From Thermoanaerobaculia bacterium (GTDB taxonomy: Bacteria; Acidobacteriota; Thermoanaerobaculia; Multivoradales; SZUA-115), in NCBI GenBank assembly GCA_044869955.1, contig JBIOYC010000060.1:6850-70849 (forward strand): a DNA stretch of 64,000 bases, given 5' to 3'. Positions 60,600 through 64,000 of the stretch are shown piece after piece. The notes under the pieces are model-generated. The model saw nothing but the letters and a program-made list of their open reading frames with translations, made no database searches and was not told the DNA's origin. A program made the position numbers and the translations under genes. Positions within the stretch are counted from its first letter, which is position 1, and each line of letters starts with the position of its first letter.

Positions 60600-61382
60600 C
60601 TAATTCGAAGGCGGCGCCGGCGCCGGGGCGGGCTCGGCGGCGGGCATGGTGAAGCGCGAGTCGTCGATGTCGACGTCGACCTCGATCTTGTCGACGGTCA
60701 TCACCTGGCTTCCGGGACCGCCGACCGCACGGACCTCGATCGAGTGCGGCATCATCAGCCCGCCGACGTCCTTGTAGTCGCCGTAGATCGACTCGACCGC
60801 CATCTCTTGACCGTTCCGCTCGGTCTTCTGCGCGGACTTGAACTCGAGGTTGGACTCGGTGTCGATGTAGAGGGTTTCCACGTCGCCGCTCTTCTTGGTG
60901 ACCTTGAGCTTGTAGGCAGGGGTGCCCTCGACGTCCTCGATGCCCAGGAGCTCGGCGGTGTGGCCTTTGTCTTTCCAGTTGACCAGGGTGCCCTCGAAGT
61001 CCGACTGCTCCCGGACCTCCTTGATCGCGTCCTCGGGCATCTTCTCGGGGGTGGTCTTGCCCATGAAGGGCATCACCATCCAGCCGGTCTCACCATCGAA
61101 GGCCTGCACGCCGGTCATGCCCTGGATGGTGAACTCCATGCGCATCCTCTCGGGGCGCTTCCACTCGAGGGTGAAGGGCGCCTCCATGCCCGGGCCCATG
61201 GTCATCTTGCCGGTCAGGCGCAGCGACTTCATGGTGGTGAGCTTGTCCTTGCCGCCGCGAGCCGCGAGGTTCTTGTCGATCACCTGCTCGAGGGTCGGGG
61301 CCGCGTCCTGGGCCGCCAGCGGTGCCGCGAGGGGCAGCAGAAACAGCGCAGCCAGAGCTGCCGTGAAAGTCTTGCGAGTCAT
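60600..61382 (-). CDS. LolA-like outer-membrane lipoprotein-sorting family protein (secreted)
   Basis: A signal peptide (MTRKTFTAALAALFLLPLAAPLAAQ), a strong RBS AGGAGA, a beta-rich Lys-rich body and a Pro-Ala tail. Confidence 0.55.
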   Translation of the reverse strand: MTRKTFTAALAALFLLPLAAPLAAQDAAPTLEQVIDKNLAARGGKDKLTTMKSLRLTGKMTMGPGMEAPFTLEWKRPERMRMEFTIQGMTGVQAFDGETGWMVMPFMGKTTPEKMPEDAIKEVREQSDFEGTLVNWKDKGHTAELLGIEDVEGTPAYKLKVTKKSGDVETLYIDTESNLEFKSAQKTERNGQEMAVESIYGDYKDVGGLMMPHSIEVRAVGGPGSQVMTVDKIEVDVDIDDSRFTMPAAEPAPAPAPPSN

Positions 61383-61561
61383 TTTCCGTCTCCTGTTTTC
61401 ATGAACGAGGCTGCGGGGCCTTGCCGCGGTCTCCGCGCCGGGGAGGGAGCCGAGCCCGATGGCAACGAACTCGCGCGCGATTCTACGTCAGTCCATCCGG
61501 GGCGTGACCGCGAGGCGTCCTCGGCCCCTATACGCGCGAGGAGGGGGGGATGTTTCCCCGC

Positions 61562-63196
61562 TCAGCTTGCCGGCTCGGCCTCGTCCCGGATGCGGGAGAA
61601 TGCCACTTGCGGGTTCCGCTCGATCAGCAGGTCCTCGACCCAGCGCCCCTCGCAGAGCGCGGCCACGCGACCGGCGCGGTCCTGGGCCCGGAGCACACCC
61701 CGCAGCGGCCAGTCGAGCCGGGCTGCTTGCCGCGGCGGAGCCTGCGCCCACAGTGCCGAGGCGTAGGGCAGCCGTTCCAGCACCGTCGGCACGCGGTACT
61801 CCTGCTCCAGGCGAGATTGCACGAGGTCGAACTGCAGCTCGCCGACCGCGGCGAGGATCGGCTCGCGCCGAACGGCGCCAATCTCGAAGAGGACCTGGAT
61901 GGCTCCCTCCTCTTCCAGCTGCCGCAGCCCCTTGTCGAAGGCCTTGTGCTTGTCGACCGACCCCGCGCGCAACCGCGCGAAGTGCTCGGGTGCGAACTGG
62001 GGCAGCGGCGGAAAGCGCAGGCCCAGGCCGTCGCTCACGGTGTCGCCGATCACGAAGAGACCCGGGTTGACCAGCCCGACGACGTCACCGGCGAAGGCCT
62101 CCTCCGTGGTGTCGCGCTCCTGAGCGAAGACTCGGTGCGCCCGGGGCAGGCGCAGGCGGCGGCCGAGCCGCGCGTGGTCGCCGGCCATCCCTTTCTCGAA
62201 GCGACCGGAAACGATGCGCAGGAAGGCCATGCTGTCGCGGTGCTGGGGGTCCATGTTCGCCTGGATCTTGAAGACGAAGCCGGAGAAGGCGGAAATCCGC
62301 GGGTCGACCTGCCCGCGATCGCTCCCTCGGGGCGTAGGCGGCGGCGCGAGGGCGACCAGCGCCTCGAGGAACGGCTCCACGCCGAAGTTGTTGAGCGCGC
62401 TGCCGAAAAACACCGGCGTCTGCTGCCCCGCCAGGTAGCGCTCGCGGTCGAAGGTCGGCGCGGCGCCGCGCAGCAGGTCCGCCGCCTCGCGCAGCTCGCG
62501 GGCGGGTCGCTCGCCCAGCAACCGCTCGAGCTCGGGATCCTCGAGCGCGGCCGCCCGCACCGGCGCCGCGCGCTCACCCCGGGTCACCCGCTCGAAGCGC
62601 AGGATCCGGCCCCGCTCCAGCTCGTAGACTCCCTGAAACTCCCGCCCGGCCCCGATCGGCCAATTGAGTGGCACGGCGCTCATCCCCAGCACCGTCTCGA
62701 TCTCGTCGAGCAGCTCCAGGGGCTCGCGCCCCGGCAGGTCCATCTTGTTGACGAAGGTCAGGACCGGCAGCCCGCGCCGCCGGCAGACCTCGAACAGCTT
62801 GAGCGTCTGGGGCTCGACCCCCTTGGCCGCGTCGAGCACCATCACCGCGCTGTCCACGGCGGTGAGGACCCGGTAGGTGTCCTCGCTGAAGTCCTGGTGG
62901 CCGGGAGTGTCGAGCAGGTTGACGCAGCAGCCGGCGTGCTCGAACTGCAACACCGTCGAGGTGACCGAGATGCCTCGCTTGCGCTCCATCTCCAGCCAGT
63001 CCGAGCGCGCGTGCCGCTGCTGGGCCTTGTTCTGCACCGCACCGGCCTGCTCGATGGCGCCGGCGTAGAGCAGGAGCTTCTCGGTGAGGGTGGTCTTGCC
63101 GGCGTCGGGGTGGGAGATGATCGCGAAGGTGCGGCGGCGGCTCACCTCCGCCGCCGTGCTTTCCTCGAGGATGCTGCGCTCTCGTTCCAGAATCAT
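61562..63196 (-). CDS. prfC: peptide chain release factor 3
   Basis: RRTFAIISHPDAGKTTLTEKLL, DTPGHQDF and NKMD GTPase motifs. Confidence 0.9.
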   Translation of the reverse strand: MILERERSILEESTAAEVSRRRTFAIISHPDAGKTTLTEKLLLYAGAIEQAGAVQNKAQQRHARSDWLEMERKRGISVTSTVLQFEHAGCCVNLLDTPGHQDFSEDTYRVLTAVDSAVMVLDAAKGVEPQTLKLFEVCRRRGLPVLTFVNKMDLPGREPLELLDEIETVLGMSAVPLNWPIGAGREFQGVYELERGRILRFERVTRGERAAPVRAAALEDPELERLLGERPARELREAADLLRGAAPTFDRERYLAGQQTPVFFGSALNNFGVEPFLEALVALAPPPTPRGSDRGQVDPRISAFSGFVFKIQANMDPQHRDSMAFLRIVSGRFEKGMAGDHARLGRRLRLPRAHRVFAQERDTTEEAFAGDVVGLVNPGLFVIGDTVSDGLGLRFPPLPQFAPEHFARLRAGSVDKHKAFDKGLRQLEEEGAIQVLFEIGAVRREPILAAVGELQFDLVQSRLEQEYRVPTVLERLPYASALWAQAPPRQAARLDWPLRGVLRAQDRAGRVAALCEGRWVEDLLIERNPQVAFSRIRDEAEPAS

Positions 63197-63927
63197 GGCG
63201 GCGGCACTATAGCCGGAGCGGAGGGAGGGCGGAGCGGCTCCCGGCGGCGCCAGGGCCCGTACTCGACCACCAAGCCCTCGCCGTCGAGCGTGAGCTCACC
63301 CGCGAAGCCGCTCTCCCGGTTTCGGTAACGGTAGCGGGAGAAGCCGACGGGGGCGTCGAGGCGGGTGTACTCCTGCTCGACAGCCCGAACCTCCAGCTCT
63401 GGGAATCTCACCCAGGTGACGCGAAGACTACGAGTCTCCCCGGGCCGAAGCGGATGGGCCGCGAGAACCGGCGAGTTGGTGTAGGGCGTCACCATCAGGT
63501 CCAGGTCCTCGCAGCCGTCGAGATCGGGGCGCGGTTGGCCGTCGACCTGCCAGCGGCCATCGGACAGGCGCAGGATCTCCAGACGACGCGGCGCCTCGGG
63601 TGGCCCCACCGCGATGCTCGCCGAGCGGAACCGCCAAGCCGGGTCGTGCTCGATCCGGTAGCGTGCCCGCACGGGGACGTCCGCGAGGACGACCAGCACC
63701 GTGCCCTCGGCGACGTTGGCCTCCCGGCCCCGATCGAGGCTGAGGGCTTCGAGCCCCGGGCGGTCGGCCCAGTCCCACTGGAGCTGCCGGCTGGTGGCTC
63801 CGAAGGTGGCGAGCGTCCGGCTCCGGCGACGAGCGAAGTACTCGGCCTCACAGATCCAGCTCTCGCCGCCGTCGTCCGAGCGCTCGCCCCGCCAGTGGAA
63901 GGAGTCCGGTTGGATCTCGACGAACAC
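63193..63927 (-). CDS. hypothetical protein
   Basis: The stop overlaps the prfC start (ATGA). The GTG at 63927 lacks an SD, and the frame may extend beyond the window edge. No confident family assignment. Confidence 0.35.
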   Translation of the reverse strand: MFVEIQPDSFHWRGERSDDGGESWICEAEYFARRRSRTLATFGATSRQLQWDWADRPGLEALSLDRGREANVAEGTVLVVLADVPVRARYRIEHDPAWRFRSASIAVGPPEAPRRLEILRLSDGRWQVDGQPRPDLDGCEDLDLMVTPYTNSPVLAAHPLRPGETRSLRVTWVRFPELEVRAVEQEYTRLDAPVGFSRYRYRNRESGFAGELTLDGEGLVVEYGPWRRREPLRPPSAPAIVPPP

Positions 63928-64000
63928 CCAGCGGAGGAGATGGCCCTCGGCGTCGACCCCGGTCTGGACGATCTGCGCCCCGGCCCGCCGCCCGACGAGG

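Overview
This is a GC-rich (~70%) bacterial chromosomal window that spans the replication-origin neighbourhood. The large all-frames-open ORFs, many of them antisense, are expected at this GC content, so gene calls were made from recognisable protein families, RBS/start context and operon logic.

Origin and segregation genes:
- rpmH-rnpA-yidD-yidC-jag lie on the minus strand at 20.7-24.1 kb.
- rsmG-parA-parB follow on the minus strand at 17.9-20.2 kb, and a bactofilin gene overlaps the parB stop.
- dnaA-dnaN-recF-gyrB-gyrA lie on the plus strand at 36.1-45.0 kb, with DnaA-box clusters on both sides of dnaA.
- dnaX-ybaB-recR lie at 26.3-28.9 kb, with an SRP RNA (ffs) just upstream.

RNA genes: a tmRNA with tag ANDNLALAA, and two tRNA-Ser genes next to tadA.

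Other gene clusters:
- A minus-strand operon at 1-7 kb holds a SAM methyltransferase, bshC, bshB1, bshA, an IMPACT/YigZ protein, a DUF4870 membrane protein, a second yidD paralog and a partial beta-ketoacyl synthase.
- A methionine/sulfur pair (mtnA and a cystathionine gamma-synthase/lyase).
- cutA and a heptad-repeat (EVGxLRG)n protein encoded by 21-bp tandem DNA repeats.
- comEA plus a prepilin-type pseudopilin.
- Two tandem lepB genes, an AlkP-family protein, an aminotransferase, a GT2, a P-loop ATPase, a dual cNMP-binding protein, mutY and sppA.
- A transaldolase/FSA and a CPBP protease.
- A glycogen-type cluster: a large GH13 protein, two tandem gap genes and glgP.
- A rhodanese-SufE pair.
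- Three tandem paralogous XRE regulators beside a large BNR/Asp-box secreted protein, a LolA-like protein and prfC.

Findings worth a second look:
- Two tandem split parS-like palindromes immediately upstream of a free-standing LAGLIDADG-like ORF, next to rsmG-parAB.
- The parB-bactofilin translational coupling.
- The heptad-repeat protein.
- The triplicated XRE regulators.
- A palindrome-rich control region upstream of the lepB pair.

Coordinates of my own start calls may be off by a nucleotide or so. They were anchored to the ORF-track ends by residue counting wherever possible.
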